From positions 103,340-167,339 of the forward strand of contig LBRD01000006.1 in assembly GCA_000991245.1 (NCBI GenBank): DNA of 64,000 nucleotides, in the 5' to 3' direction. The notes under the pieces are model-generated. The model was given only the letters and a program-made list of their open reading frames with translations, had not been told where the DNA came from and did not search any database. Numbering within the stretch: position 1 is the first letter of the stretch; every line of letters begins with the position of its first letter. The stretch comes from Parcubacteria group bacterium GW2011_GWC1_36_108 (GTDB lineage: Bacteria > Patescibacteriota > Minisyncoccia > Moranbacterales > GWC2-37-73). Shown piece after piece: positions 36,512 to 46,136 of this stretch. The translations under genes and the position numbers were made by a program.

Positions 36512-36526
36512 ATCAAAAAAAATAGA

Positions 36527-36563
36527 AATTATAAAAGCCCGCGCTAATGCACGGGCTTTTTTA
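36527..36563 (+). terminator. Rho-independent terminator
   Basis: aaagcccgcgctaatgcacgggcttttttaatt: stem gcccg.g/c.cgggc then a T-run. Confidence 0.6.
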
Positions 36564-36633
36564 ATTGTCCTTCAAAATTTTTAATTTTGTCCGGACAATA
36601 TATACCCGGAGGGTGCATGTTATAAAAGTGAAA

Positions 36634-37560
36634 CTATTTTTTCTTGGCGATACGCACCACACGCTGACGTGTTTTTGGCATTTGACGAACAATGTGCACG
36701 TGATGAGTAGTAGTCTTAGCTTTTTTGGCAACCCGAGCAGCGCGCAAATTGCGGAAAATTCTTTTAAGCATAACAATCAAAAGCACAAACAAAACTAGCA
36801 GCAATAATATTTTTGCTCCAAGCGCAACCCACAAACCGCGACTGCCTTGCAAGAAATTATTATCATTCGCAATGTTGCCAGCAATATTACTTTTTCCATA
36901 ATCAGCAAAGATAACTCTGATATATCCTTTGTTTTGCGAAACTTGCTGCGGTGCAGGATAAATCATAGGCTCAATTGATGATGTTGCTGAATCGGAAGAC
37001 ACGGAATCTTGATCAGCAACGACTTTTTCCTGAGCAGCCATTGGCATAATATATGCATTTCTTGGTGCAATTTGTTGAGTTGATTCTTTGATGATTTTGC
37101 TTCCAACAGTTTTAAGATTTGCAAATGTTGCATCAAATTTCTCCACCGGAATTTGAACCACAATTGAGCCATTTTTCAATTTGCTTCCAGAATATGAAAT
37201 TGCTGTTGAATAAACGACTCCTCCATTTTTTGTTGCCACTGCGGAAACAACCTTTTTTGCAGCCTCCAAATCACTTACCATAATCGCAAGTTCGCCACTT
37301 TTTGCAGCATCCTCGGGGATTATAAATTGATTTTCAATTCTTGGTGAAGGATAAACTACTCCGCCTCTATTCATCATTCCACTGCCATCATATTTAATTC
37401 CCAAATTTACATCACCTCTTCTTTCATGCATTTTCCAACCAGCAGCTGCAATTGAAAGAACTGCAATTGCCAAGAAAATAACACTGATTAAAATTACAAA
37501 TACTTTTTTGTGTTTTCCATCAAGCTTACAACACTTGATAAATGTTTCTTTTGTTTCCAT
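36634..37560 (-). CDS. Membrane-anchored hypothetical protein (N- and C-terminal TM; DUF4349-like layout)
   Basis: N-terminal TM VFVILISVIFLAIAVLSIAAAGW, C-terminal TM ILLLLVLFVLLIVML and basic tail; the middle resembles DUF4349 proteins (low certainty). Confidence 0.45.
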   Translation of the reverse strand: METKETFIKCCKLDGKHKKVFVILISVIFLAIAVLSIAAAGWKMHERRGDVNLGIKYDGSGMMNRGGVVYPSPRIENQFIIPEDAAKSGELAIMVSDLEAAKKVVSAVATKNGGVVYSTAISYSGSKLKNGSIVVQIPVEKFDATFANLKTVGSKIIKESTQQIAPRNAYIMPMAAQEKVVADQDSVSSDSATSSIEPMIYPAPQQVSQNKGYIRVIFADYGKSNIAGNIANDNNFLQGSRGLWVALGAKILLLLVLFVLLIVMLKRIFRNLRAARVAKKAKTTTHHVHIVRQMPKTRQRVVRIAKKK

Positions 37561-37714
37561 TTTTACTTGTCCCGTTAAATTTTGCGTAGCAAATTATTTA
37601 ACTGGGATTTTTTTAATTATCAATAACGAAATTATACCACACTTTTTTTGGAAAAGAAAAAAGGCGTCATCGATAAGCTATCGATTTCGCCTTTTATTAT
37701 ATCTCATCTTTATA

Positions 37715-38329
37715 TTATGTATCTTCCAGATGTTTTCTCTTACTTCTCCTTTCATGGTAAATTTTTACCAATTCTTTATTATGATCAACAACGGCTTTAT
37801 TAAATTCTTTCTGTTTCTCATTAACCATAGGTAAGCTATCCGCAATGCTTTGACAATCAACAACCATTCCACTTCGCACAAACCTTTCATCTGCAATAAT
37901 AACATTTTCAATGATCGCGCCACTACCAATATAGCAATTTCTTCCAACCTCTGAACTATGCACTATCGCATGAAATCCCACAAATGTTTTTTTGCCAATT
38001 TTAGTTGGTCCATGCACAGTTGCTCTATGCGCAACAGTACAGTGTGAACCTATAAGAATAGAATATCCAATACCCTTTTCATCTTCGACAAACCTCCCAT
38101 GAAGTCCATGTAAAATTACAGAATCTTGAATACTTGTTCCCTTGCAGATTTTAAAAGGGGATCCTTCATCAGCTCTGATAGATACATGCGGACAAACAAT
38201 CACATCGTGCTCAAGAATGACTTTTCCTGTTATGCGTGCTGTACGACTAACATAACATTTTTCATCATCATACTCTGGATTTCCAAAAAATTCGTCGTCG
38301 TAAAAAACAACACCTTTTTTTCGATTCAT
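37715..38329 (-). CDS. Left-handed beta-helix (hexapeptide-repeat) protein, gamma-carbonic-anhydrase/PaaY-like
   Basis: Hexapeptide repeats with His-rich segment VILHGLHGRFV...HCTVAHRATVHG consistent with gamma-CA-family zinc ligands; last gene of the atp-Ehr-like gene string. Confidence 0.7.
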   Translation of the reverse strand: MNRKKGVVFYDDEFFGNPEYDDEKCYVSRTARITGKVILEHDVIVCPHVSIRADEGSPFKICKGTSIQDSVILHGLHGRFVEDEKGIGYSILIGSHCTVAHRATVHGPTKIGKKTFVGFHAIVHSSEVGRNCYIGSGAIIENVIIADERFVRSGMVVDCQSIADSLPMVNEKQKEFNKAVVDHNKELVKIYHERRSKRKHLEDT

Positions 38330-38444
38330 TTACCCCTCCTAGTTTTGTGATTAAATTCTATATTTTTAAAAAACATCATTGCCTATATTTTTACACACAA
38401 CTACAAACTTTACTCTGGAATTCCATCTATGTCAATACCTATTT

Positions 38445-40004
38445 TTATAAGTCAGTTCCGGAATATGATAGGTTCAGTGATTTATTGATAAGAGGAAAAT
38501 CTGGCACGATGTTGCCTGGCCCCATAATACCGAAAAGTGCCCAATTGCAAAATGATGGATCACGTGGAAAACATCGCTCAATAACACCATTTTTAATTTC
38601 AAGTGCGCACAAAATTTCTCCACGCCAAGATTCCACGGCGCTAATTGCATATCCATCCTTAATTTCAACAGGAACAGAAACATCCCCCGTTTCCATTTCA
38701 GCGATAATTTTTTCAATAAAATCAATTGACACTTTCATTTCTTCAATACGCACCAAATAACGTGAGTGCACATCTCCCTTTTTTTTCAAAGAAACAGTTG
38801 TTGGATATTTTTGATAAGCAGCATAGGGATGATCACGCCGCACGTCGCGATCAAGTCCTGACCCGCGAGCAGCAATTCCAAGCGCGCCAAAGGCTCTTGC
38901 CGCTTCCTGTCCAAGCACACCGGTTGTTTGCATACGATCAAGAAAACCATCGCTGGCAAGCGCCAACATAACAATTTTATTCATTTCAAAATATGCATCT
39001 TTGGAGATTTCCAGAATTTTTTTCAGTTGCAAATCATTTAAATCCTTTGTAACACCGCCGATAGTGATGAATTCTCGCCAAAAACGATTACCAAAAATAT
39101 CATCAGAAAGGCGCATCATTCTTTCCTTAATCCGAAAACCATTGGCCGCAATAAAGCTATACCCTGTTCCCATTCCGCCAATATTGGCCAGGTCGTGAAT
39201 ATGCATCGTCAATCTTTCGAGTTCCAAAACAAGTGTGCGCAACATTTTTGCGCGATCAGTTACATTGCAATTTGAAATAGTTTCGATTGCTTGAACATAT
39301 GCAAGACAATGAGAAGCTGCCATATCGCCAGAAATTCCTTCGACGTATGGCAAAGCATCTTTGGGATTTTTTCCTTCCATCAATTTTTCAACTCCCTTGT
39401 GTGTGAAAAACAATTTTCCTTCCAAAGTTAAAATCCTTTCTCCCGCAACATTAAAGCGAAAATGCCCCGGTTCGATAATTCCTGCGTGAATGGGCCCCAC
39501 TGGAATCTCAAAAATTCCTTCACCCTCAATATGATGCATTGGATATGGAACATTAGCCTTTTCAAGTTTAGTATTAACAGCAAAATCTTTTCGAAGTGGA
39601 TGCGTCCCTTCTGGAATATTTTCATGATTTACTAATCTTCTTGGATCTGGATGACCAACAGCAATGACACCAAACATATCTTGCATATATCGCTCATACC
39701 AATGCGCAGCCATAATTGTTCTCGTGATTGAGGGATAGCTTGGATCATTTTCCGGCAAACTTGCTGACAACCTTAACCATTGATGATTCGCATCATCTCC
39801 GAAAATCACATTCACACCAAAAGTCTGATTTTCTTTGCGGTTATCCGTGCCATACAAAGAAGACAAAAATAATTTGTGTTCATCAACAAGCGATGTTGAA
39901 ACACGCGCCAAATCTTCTCGCGAAACTGTTGCAAAAACAGTATTGTTTTTAATCTCCACAATTTTAACTTCTGATATTTTTTTTAAAATTTCTTGAATGT
40001 TCAT
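38445..40004 (-). CDS. Fused NuoC-NuoD-like subunit (Ehr-type large subunit): NiFe-hydrogenase-large-subunit fold lacking the Ni-binding cysteines
   Basis: NuoC-like N-domain (NVIFGDDANHQWLRL) and NuoD/HycE-like domain (IPVGPIHAGIIEPGHFRF). Where hydrogenases have RxCGxC the protein has GISGDMAASH; the C-terminal DPCxxC is replaced by DPSFCNW. Start chosen at MNIQEILKK; the track ORF extends to 40091. Confidence 0.8.
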   Translation of the reverse strand: MNIQEILKKISEVKIVEIKNNTVFATVSREDLARVSTSLVDEHKLFLSSLYGTDNRKENQTFGVNVIFGDDANHQWLRLSASLPENDPSYPSITRTIMAAHWYERYMQDMFGVIAVGHPDPRRLVNHENIPEGTHPLRKDFAVNTKLEKANVPYPMHHIEGEGIFEIPVGPIHAGIIEPGHFRFNVAGERILTLEGKLFFTHKGVEKLMEGKNPKDALPYVEGISGDMAASHCLAYVQAIETISNCNVTDRAKMLRTLVLELERLTMHIHDLANIGGMGTGYSFIAANGFRIKERMMRLSDDIFGNRFWREFITIGGVTKDLNDLQLKKILEISKDAYFEMNKIVMLALASDGFLDRMQTTGVLGQEAARAFGALGIAARGSGLDRDVRRDHPYAAYQKYPTTVSLKKKGDVHSRYLVRIEEMKVSIDFIEKIIAEMETGDVSVPVEIKDGYAISAVESWRGEILCALEIKNGVIERCFPRDPSFCNWALFGIMGPGNIVPDFPLINKSLNLSYSGTDL

Positions 40005-40141
40005 AATAATTTTATAAAAATAAATTTCTAATTCCCAATTTCCAATTCCTAATAAAAATTTTAATGCCCAATTCCCAAATTTTGAATTCAAGCATTTGAA
40101 ATTTTGTTGGAAATTTGATATTAGAAATTAGTAATTTTGCA

Positions 40142-41620
40142 CTACTGTGCAATGTATATTATATCTTTAGCGATCAAATCAATAAATTTAAGTCCGTCGG
40201 CTGATGAGAAAAAGAAGGTTAGTCCAACAACCAAAATCAATTGCACAATCATTACCCAGTGCGTAAGATTCCATTTTTCTCTATTCCCTAAAGACGTGAT
40301 GTCTTCCCCTTCAGAAAAAAACATTCCGATTGTTGAGCGAAGCATTGCGTATGCAATCACACTTAAGGCTGCAAAAATAAGCAATGACAAAAATGGATGC
40401 AGTGCAAAAGCACTAGTAAACATTGTATATTCACTTACAAACAAAATTGACGGAGGAAGCGCAATGATCGACAAAATACCAAACAAAAACAATATTGCTG
40501 TGAAAGGGGCTTTTTTCATCAAGCCTTTTATTTTTTCCGTCTGGGTTGTTTTGTAATTTATCAATATTTCGCCCGCTCCGAAGAAAAGCATTGACTTGGT
40601 AAGTGTATGTCCAATCATATGAATCACAGCTGCTAATGCTCCAATTGGAGATAATGCCAGGGCAAAAGTAATGATACCCATATGTTCAACGCTTGAATAC
40701 GCCAACATTCTTTTGTAATTACTTTGCACTAACATCATAAAAGCAGGAACTATGATTGAAATAAAACCAAAAAACAAAAATAGATGCCCTGTCCATTCGC
40801 TGCTTCCTAGTGCTAAATCAGTAATAAATCTAAAACGAATAATTCCATACAGTGCAATATTAAGCAAGATTCCAGAAAATAGACCGGAAATTGGCGAAGG
40901 CGCATTACTGTGTGCATCAGCCAACCAAATATGCATCGGCACCAAACCGAGCTTTGCTCCAAAACCAATAAAAATAAAAACAAAAGCCCATCTGGCAATA
41001 TCCGAAGAAAGCAAATGCGCATTTTGAGCAAGATTTGTTAAAGTAAAAAGATCGCTGCCACTTATGCCAGCCAAAGATGACCCATAACCAAGAAGCAAAA
41101 TTCCAAGCAACCCCAAACTTATCCCTGTTGAACAAATAATAATATATTTCCAAGCGGCTTCGGCTGATGTTTTTTTGCGATAAAGTCCAACCAAAAATGT
41201 TGAGGATAGCGTCGTGCCTTCAAGCGTCATCCAAAGCAACAGCGCATTATTAGCCATAACTGTAATCATCATACAAAGAGCAAAGATATGAAACAATCCG
41301 AAATAAAGCTTAAGATCACTAAGTGTTAGAATCTTTTCTTCATATTCATGCCCAATATAACGAAAACTCACAACAGCTGCGGACACATATACAAAAGCAA
41401 CCAGCGTTGCCATCAAAGCTGAAAAATTATCCACAAGCCATACGCTATCAGACCAAGCAGGTGATGACTGAAGAAGAACCGGCAAGGACATCGCGAAAAC
41501 TGAAGCTCCCGCAGCAATTGCAAGCAAAAGACTACTTTGACGAATATGTTTTTCTTTTTTAAGAAAAATCACGCAAGCTGTTGCAACAAGAATAATGATG
41601 ATTGTAATAATTGGTGTCAT
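40142..41620 (-). CDS. Complex-I NuoN/NuoM (MrpD) antiporter-like membrane subunit
   Basis: 492-aa polytopic protein with the conserved antiporter-like core; position in the nuo/hyf-like gene string. Confidence 0.7.
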   Translation of the reverse strand: MTPIITIIIILVATACVIFLKKEKHIRQSSLLLAIAAGASVFAMSLPVLLQSSPAWSDSVWLVDNFSALMATLVAFVYVSAAVVSFRYIGHEYEEKILTLSDLKLYFGLFHIFALCMMITVMANNALLLWMTLEGTTLSSTFLVGLYRKKTSAEAAWKYIIICSTGISLGLLGILLLGYGSSLAGISGSDLFTLTNLAQNAHLLSSDIARWAFVFIFIGFGAKLGLVPMHIWLADAHSNAPSPISGLFSGILLNIALYGIIRFRFITDLALGSSEWTGHLFLFFGFISIIVPAFMMLVQSNYKRMLAYSSVEHMGIITFALALSPIGALAAVIHMIGHTLTKSMLFFGAGEILINYKTTQTEKIKGLMKKAPFTAILFLFGILSIIALPPSILFVSEYTMFTSAFALHPFLSLLIFAALSVIAYAMLRSTIGMFFSEGEDITSLGNREKWNLTHWVMIVQLILVVGLTFFFSSADGLKFIDLIAKDIIYIAQ

Positions 41621-41769
41621 AAAGTTGTATTAAAAAATTCTAAAGGCTAAATTTTAAAGTCTAATTCAATTCTAAATTCTAAAGTTTAAATTAAAATGCA
41701 AGTCCTTTTATACTTTTCACTTTAGATTTGATTTAGTATTTAGTACTTAGACTTTAGCCTTTAATGATC

Positions 41770-43380
41770 TTATTCGGTTAAATTACGCAGGTCTTCAGTG
41801 TCAGAAGAACCATGAAATTCTCTGATGCGTGAACCTAAAATTGATAGAATAAATGCACTTGCAACAATGATAACAAACACACCAAGTTCAATTAGTAGCG
41901 GCAATGATTTTACAGTTACCAAAGTAAAAACTGTCACACCATTTTCAATAATAAGAAGTCCTAAAATTTGAGAAAAAATATTACGATGCACTATCATCGT
42001 TGCTAATCCTAAGCCAATAAGAGCAAAGGAAGCAAACAAAAGAGTGTCGAATTCCACCACGCCAACAATTGGAGTTTGCTTCATCACAAAAAATGTTGCA
42101 CCCAAAATAACAACTGCCACAAAATAACTAGAAGCGGGACGGAGAAATGATGGCGAACTTATGAGCTCTTTATGTTTTCTTTGTGCATAGCGAATAACAG
42201 CAGGAACCAAGAAAGTTTTAATCAAAATAGTCACAGCTGCAAAAAGCCACAGATGCTTTTTTTCCTCCCCGCCTAAAATAAAAGAAAGTCCAAGGGCAAT
42301 ACCAGCAATACTCAAAGAAGAAAAGGCGTAGTATCGAAGCATAACTTGTGAGCGAGCACGACCAAATAAAAGTATCACAAAAAATACTGCCAATATAGAA
42401 AATATTGTGTGATATTCAATATCAACATTGATAACAGAAGAAAACATCGCAATCAACATTCCAAACATTGCTGTGAAAAAAGCAATCGACATAAACTCCT
42501 GCATTCTATAGAATCTCATTTTAACAACAACTGTTTCAAGCAAAGCCAAGAATCCCATCGCAACAACAACTTTAATAATTCCAAATAAAACAGCAACAAT
42601 CCCAGCGCCCAAAGAAGCAATCATCCCAAGATTGGTAGCAACCGCAACAGTCTGCGGGAAAATAAAATTTGAAAGCAAAATAGCAAAAACGGTCAGTTTA
42701 ATTGCACTGGCATATTCAAGCATGGCCAAATATGCGCCAGAATATTCAAGAATCATTGCTTCATGTACCATTGTAAGTTCAAGATGTGTCGCTGGGTTAT
42801 CCACAGGGTAACGGGCATTTTCAGCCAAAGTTACCAATAAAAAAGCAAAAACAGAAAGCAACAAATATGGATGAGAAAAAACAAGTTGTTGTCCCACCAT
42901 TCCATCTATTGCAAAAGTACCACCCACAAGACTCATAGCGGCAAAAACCATTATTATTGTCGGCTCAACAAGGGCGGCTATTGTCATTTCACGACTTGAG
43001 CCCATTCCTCCAAAAGCACTCCCCGGATCAAGACCACCCAAAACCAAAAAGATTGAACCTATCATTAAAATCCCACCAACTACCAGAAAATCGCTCATGC
43101 TTGCCAATTTTCCACCAATAAATAGCAGAGGTAAAATAAAGGCCAATGCTATTGAAGTTGAAAAAACCACAAAAGGCACCACGCGAAAAACCCAAGATGT
43201 TGCAGTGGAGATAACCATTTGCTTTCTAAAAAGAGTCGCGAATGTATAATACGGCAAAAAAGGAGATGCGCCCTTGCGTCCTTGAAGACGCGCTTTACAA
43301 AAGCGGACCAAGCCGGAAGCAAACGGCGCAATCAGAATAACAAAAATTCCCTGTAATAATGTTGCTAATATTGGATTCAT
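41770..43380 (-). CDS. NuoH/HycD-like membrane subunit with C-terminal NuoJ/K(HyfE)-like extension
   Basis: N-terminal ARLQGRKGASPFLPYY resembles the HycD/NuoH quinone-loop region; 536 aa is ~200 aa longer than NuoH, and the tail carries extra TM helices. Start overlaps the upstream gene (ATGA). Confidence 0.65.
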   Translation of the reverse strand: MNPILATLLQGIFVILIAPFASGLVRFCKARLQGRKGASPFLPYYTFATLFRKQMVISTATSWVFRVVPFVVFSTSIALAFILPLLFIGGKLASMSDFLVVGGILMIGSIFLVLGGLDPGSAFGGMGSSREMTIAALVEPTIIMVFAAMSLVGGTFAIDGMVGQQLVFSHPYLLLSVFAFLLVTLAENARYPVDNPATHLELTMVHEAMILEYSGAYLAMLEYASAIKLTVFAILLSNFIFPQTVAVATNLGMIASLGAGIVAVLFGIIKVVVAMGFLALLETVVVKMRFYRMQEFMSIAFFTAMFGMLIAMFSSVINVDIEYHTIFSILAVFFVILLFGRARSQVMLRYYAFSSLSIAGIALGLSFILGGEEKKHLWLFAAVTILIKTFLVPAVIRYAQRKHKELISSPSFLRPASSYFVAVVILGATFFVMKQTPIVGVVEFDTLLFASFALIGLGLATMIVHRNIFSQILGLLIIENGVTVFTLVTVKSLPLLIELGVFVIIVASAFILSILGSRIREFHGSSDTEDLRNLTE

Positions 43381-45386
43381 AAAACTATAATTAATGTGAC
43401 AATTAATGTTCCCAAAACAAAAAGCAAATAATATTGAATACGCCCACCCTGAATCACGCGAGCACGCTCAGCCAAAAAATTCAAAATACCTGCGATCGGT
43501 TGATATAATTTATCTTTCCAAACAGATTTTAATGACATAGAAAAAGTATAGTTGCGAATCCAAGGATTAGTCTCAACAACTGCTACCGATTTTAAAACCT
43601 TATCTCTTCCCAATAAATGCAGAAAGAAAAACCTAATTGGGCCAGAAAAAGCCGTGGCGGAATATTGCATTGTTGCATCAATCGATTGCCCACAATCCCA
43701 CGTTTTGTATTTCCTCTCCGAAACCTTGCTGCCAAAAAAATTATACACTGCGTACGTCAGTGCCAAGAAAATTACAAACAGTGAAAATATCATTGATGAA
43801 GAAAGATGACTTGTTATTGCACTGATTGATTGATCAGAAGGCATTGTTGCCAAAATACCACCATTACCGTTTAACCATCCAATAATAGGTTTAGCAAAAA
43901 TACCCAAAACCAACACTCCTGATCCAAGTATCATCACAGGAATACTAAGCATATAATCAGTTTTTTCAGCTCTTTCTTCAATATGATCTGTACGAGGAAG
44001 TCCAAGCATTGAGATACCAAAAATTTTAATCATAGCAAATATTGCCAAACCACTGACAAGTCCCATAAGCGCGATACTGCCCAATATTACCAATATTGCA
44101 ACAGAATCAAGTAGCGGGCTACGTAATAAGCTGATTGCATTTTGAATCAATCCCCACTCTCCGTAAAATGTTCCGAATGGAGGAAGTGGAACTGCAGATA
44201 AAATTGCAATTAAAAATGCAAATGAAAAGAACGGCATAATTTTAGCCAAACCTCCCATCGCCTCAAGACTTTTAGAATGAAAACGACTGATTGCAATTCC
44301 ACTACTCAAAAAAAGTGCTGTTTTAAAAAGTGCATGATTTATTGCATGAAAAACAGCAAACACCACTATAATATTGGAAATTATCACAATACTGTCAGCA
44401 GAGCTTTGGGATAAAAGATAAATTGAAATTCCAAGCATCGTAAAAATAATTCCCATATTTTCAATACTACTATAAGCAAACGCACGTTTCATATCCCTTT
44501 CAATAACCGCATATAACACACCAACGATTGCAGAAAGAAGACCAAGCGCGATAACAACAAGTCCTGCCCAAGCAGGCAAATTCGTCATAGCAAAAACAAT
44601 TTTAATAAAACCATAAATTGCGACTTTAAGCATAAGACCGGACATCAAAGCTGAAATATTGCTTGGAGCTTGCGGATGCGCTTCTGGCAGCCAAACATGA
44701 AATGGAACAAGCCCAGCCTTTGAACCAAAACCAAACAAAAATAGCATGAAAGCAAGTGCGGCTAATGCTGGTGAAAGGGTTGATGATAAAAAAGCAATAT
44801 CAGAAAAATCAAAAAATAAATTTCCGCCACTCAAAATCAAAAAGCCTCCCAAAATTGCTGAGGCTCCAAGATGCGTCATAATAAAATACAAGAAAGCTGC
44901 GCGAACAGACTGAGAAGTTTTGTCAGCCATAACAAGAAAAAAAGATGTGATACTCATAACCTCCCAAAAAAACAAAAACGCAAAAGCGTTATTGGCAAAC
45001 AGTACTCCTTGCATTCCAAAAACAAAAACTACTGTTAAAAATTGTGTGAGCGCAGGATTATAAGTTTTTTCATAAAGCTCCAAATATCTCATGCTATATA
45101 TTCCCACCAAGGCTGACACAAAACTAATAACAATAAAGAAAATAGCGCTTAAGAGATTTACTGTCGGCGCAAAATTAAAAAGCCAATTCCATTGTCCCAA
45201 AATAATTTCCTTTGGGGCAAAATTAAACAAATATAAAATTCCAGCGATAAAACCCAGAGTATTTACTAAGACAAAAAGTTGAACGGATTTTTTCCATTGA
45301 CCGCCAATAAGCGCAAACAGAGCGGCAAAAAATAGGCCAAAAAAATAAACAAAAAAACCGAAAGCTATTAAATCTATCGTTATCAT
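43377..45386 (-). CDS. NuoL/MrpA/HyfB-like antiporter-type membrane subunit
   Basis: 669-aa polytopic protein of the NuoL/HyfB family. Confidence 0.75.
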   Translation of the reverse strand: MITIDLIAFGFFVYFFGLFFAALFALIGGQWKKSVQLFVLVNTLGFIAGILYLFNFAPKEIILGQWNWLFNFAPTVNLLSAIFFIVISFVSALVGIYSMRYLELYEKTYNPALTQFLTVVFVFGMQGVLFANNAFAFLFFWEVMSITSFFLVMADKTSQSVRAAFLYFIMTHLGASAILGGFLILSGGNLFFDFSDIAFLSSTLSPALAALAFMLFLFGFGSKAGLVPFHVWLPEAHPQAPSNISALMSGLMLKVAIYGFIKIVFAMTNLPAWAGLVVIALGLLSAIVGVLYAVIERDMKRAFAYSSIENMGIIFTMLGISIYLLSQSSADSIVIISNIIVVFAVFHAINHALFKTALFLSSGIAISRFHSKSLEAMGGLAKIMPFFSFAFLIAILSAVPLPPFGTFYGEWGLIQNAISLLRSPLLDSVAILVILGSIALMGLVSGLAIFAMIKIFGISMLGLPRTDHIEERAEKTDYMLSIPVMILGSGVLVLGIFAKPIIGWLNGNGGILATMPSDQSISAITSHLSSSMIFSLFVIFLALTYAVYNFFGSKVSERKYKTWDCGQSIDATMQYSATAFSGPIRFFFLHLLGRDKVLKSVAVVETNPWIRNYTFSMSLKSVWKDKLYQPIAGILNFLAERARVIQGGRIQYYLLFVLGTLIVTLIIVL

Positions 45387-45395
45387 ACAATTATA

Positions 45396-45935
45396 TTAAA
45401 AATTTTTCTGATTAAGAGATTGAAGAACTCCCCGCAAAATTTCAATAGGGCGTGGAGGATTTCCTGGAATACGGATATGCACAGGAATGACTTTTTCAAC
45501 TCCCCCAACCACAGCATATGAATCCTTCCAAATACCACCATCTATTGCTCCGTCGCCAAGTGCTACTACAATGCAAGGACTCGGTGCGGCTTCATAAGTT
45601 GTTTTAAGTGCATTTTCAAGATTGCGCGTAACCGGACCTGAAACAAAAAGCATATCGGCGTGCCTTGGAGATGCCACAAAAGTGAGTCCAAAACGATCAA
45701 TGTCATAATAAGCATTATTCAGGGCTGTAAACTCAATCTCTTCAGCGTTAGTAGAACCAGCATCAACCGCGCGGATGCGCAAAGAACGACCCCCGTATAA
45801 TCTTTTTATAGTAGCTTTTAGTTCCTCACCGACTTTTTCAAATTGAGCATCAACAGGAAAATCCCTGATTGTTTGTTCATTTTCTGTGACTTTTGGCCCA
45901 AATAGTAAGATTTTGAGTAATTGAAAAAATTTCAT
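45396..45935 (-). CDS. NuoB/hydrogenase-small-subunit-like protein lacking all Fe-S cluster cysteine ligands (Ehr-type small subunit)
   Basis: Alignable to NuoB: ADMLFVSGPVTRNLENAL...IVVALGDGAIDGG...VIPVHIRIPGNPP versus NuoB D.MIVAGT.T.KM...ISMGSCANGGG...PVDVYVPGCPP. Every Cys of the N2 cluster motifs (CCxxE, GxC, C-P) is substituted: AGSTNAEE, GDG, GNPP. Confidence 0.8.
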   Translation of the reverse strand: MKFFQLLKILLFGPKVTENEQTIRDFPVDAQFEKVGEELKATIKRLYGGRSLRIRAVDAGSTNAEEIEFTALNNAYYDIDRFGLTFVASPRHADMLFVSGPVTRNLENALKTTYEAAPSPCIVVALGDGAIDGGIWKDSYAVVGGVEKVIPVHIRIPGNPPRPIEILRGVLQSLNQKNF

Positions 45936-45949
45936 AAAAAACGTTATTA

Positions 45950-46136
45950 TCAGAAGTTACGCGTTTCGAAACATTTCTTTTTTGGCCAATTGTTGGCGAC
46001 AGCGACTCTTTGAGCTTTTGGATACTCGCCCCGTCAAATTGTTCACAGTAGTGAACACCAGCTTTGCTGGATTTGACGGGGTAAACATTCATCCAAAAGC
46101 GTGCCAAAAAAGAAATAGTTGAGAAAATGCGTAAGT
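45950..46136. repeat. REP-A copy D (long form, inverted orientation) with TIRs
   Basis: Reverse complement of the copy-B architecture, including the nested hairpin ccccgtcaaattgttcacagtagtgaacaccagctttgctggatttgacgggg; ends agttacgcgttt ... aaatgcgtaagt. Confidence 0.55.

Noticed and set aside
38445-40091. Calling the NuoC/D-like protein a [NiFe] hydrogenase large subunit (HycE/EchE)
   Set aside because: Both Ni/Fe-ligating CxxC pairs are absent (GISGDMAASH replaces RxCGxC; DPSFCNW replaces DPCxxC), and no hyp maturation genes are present.
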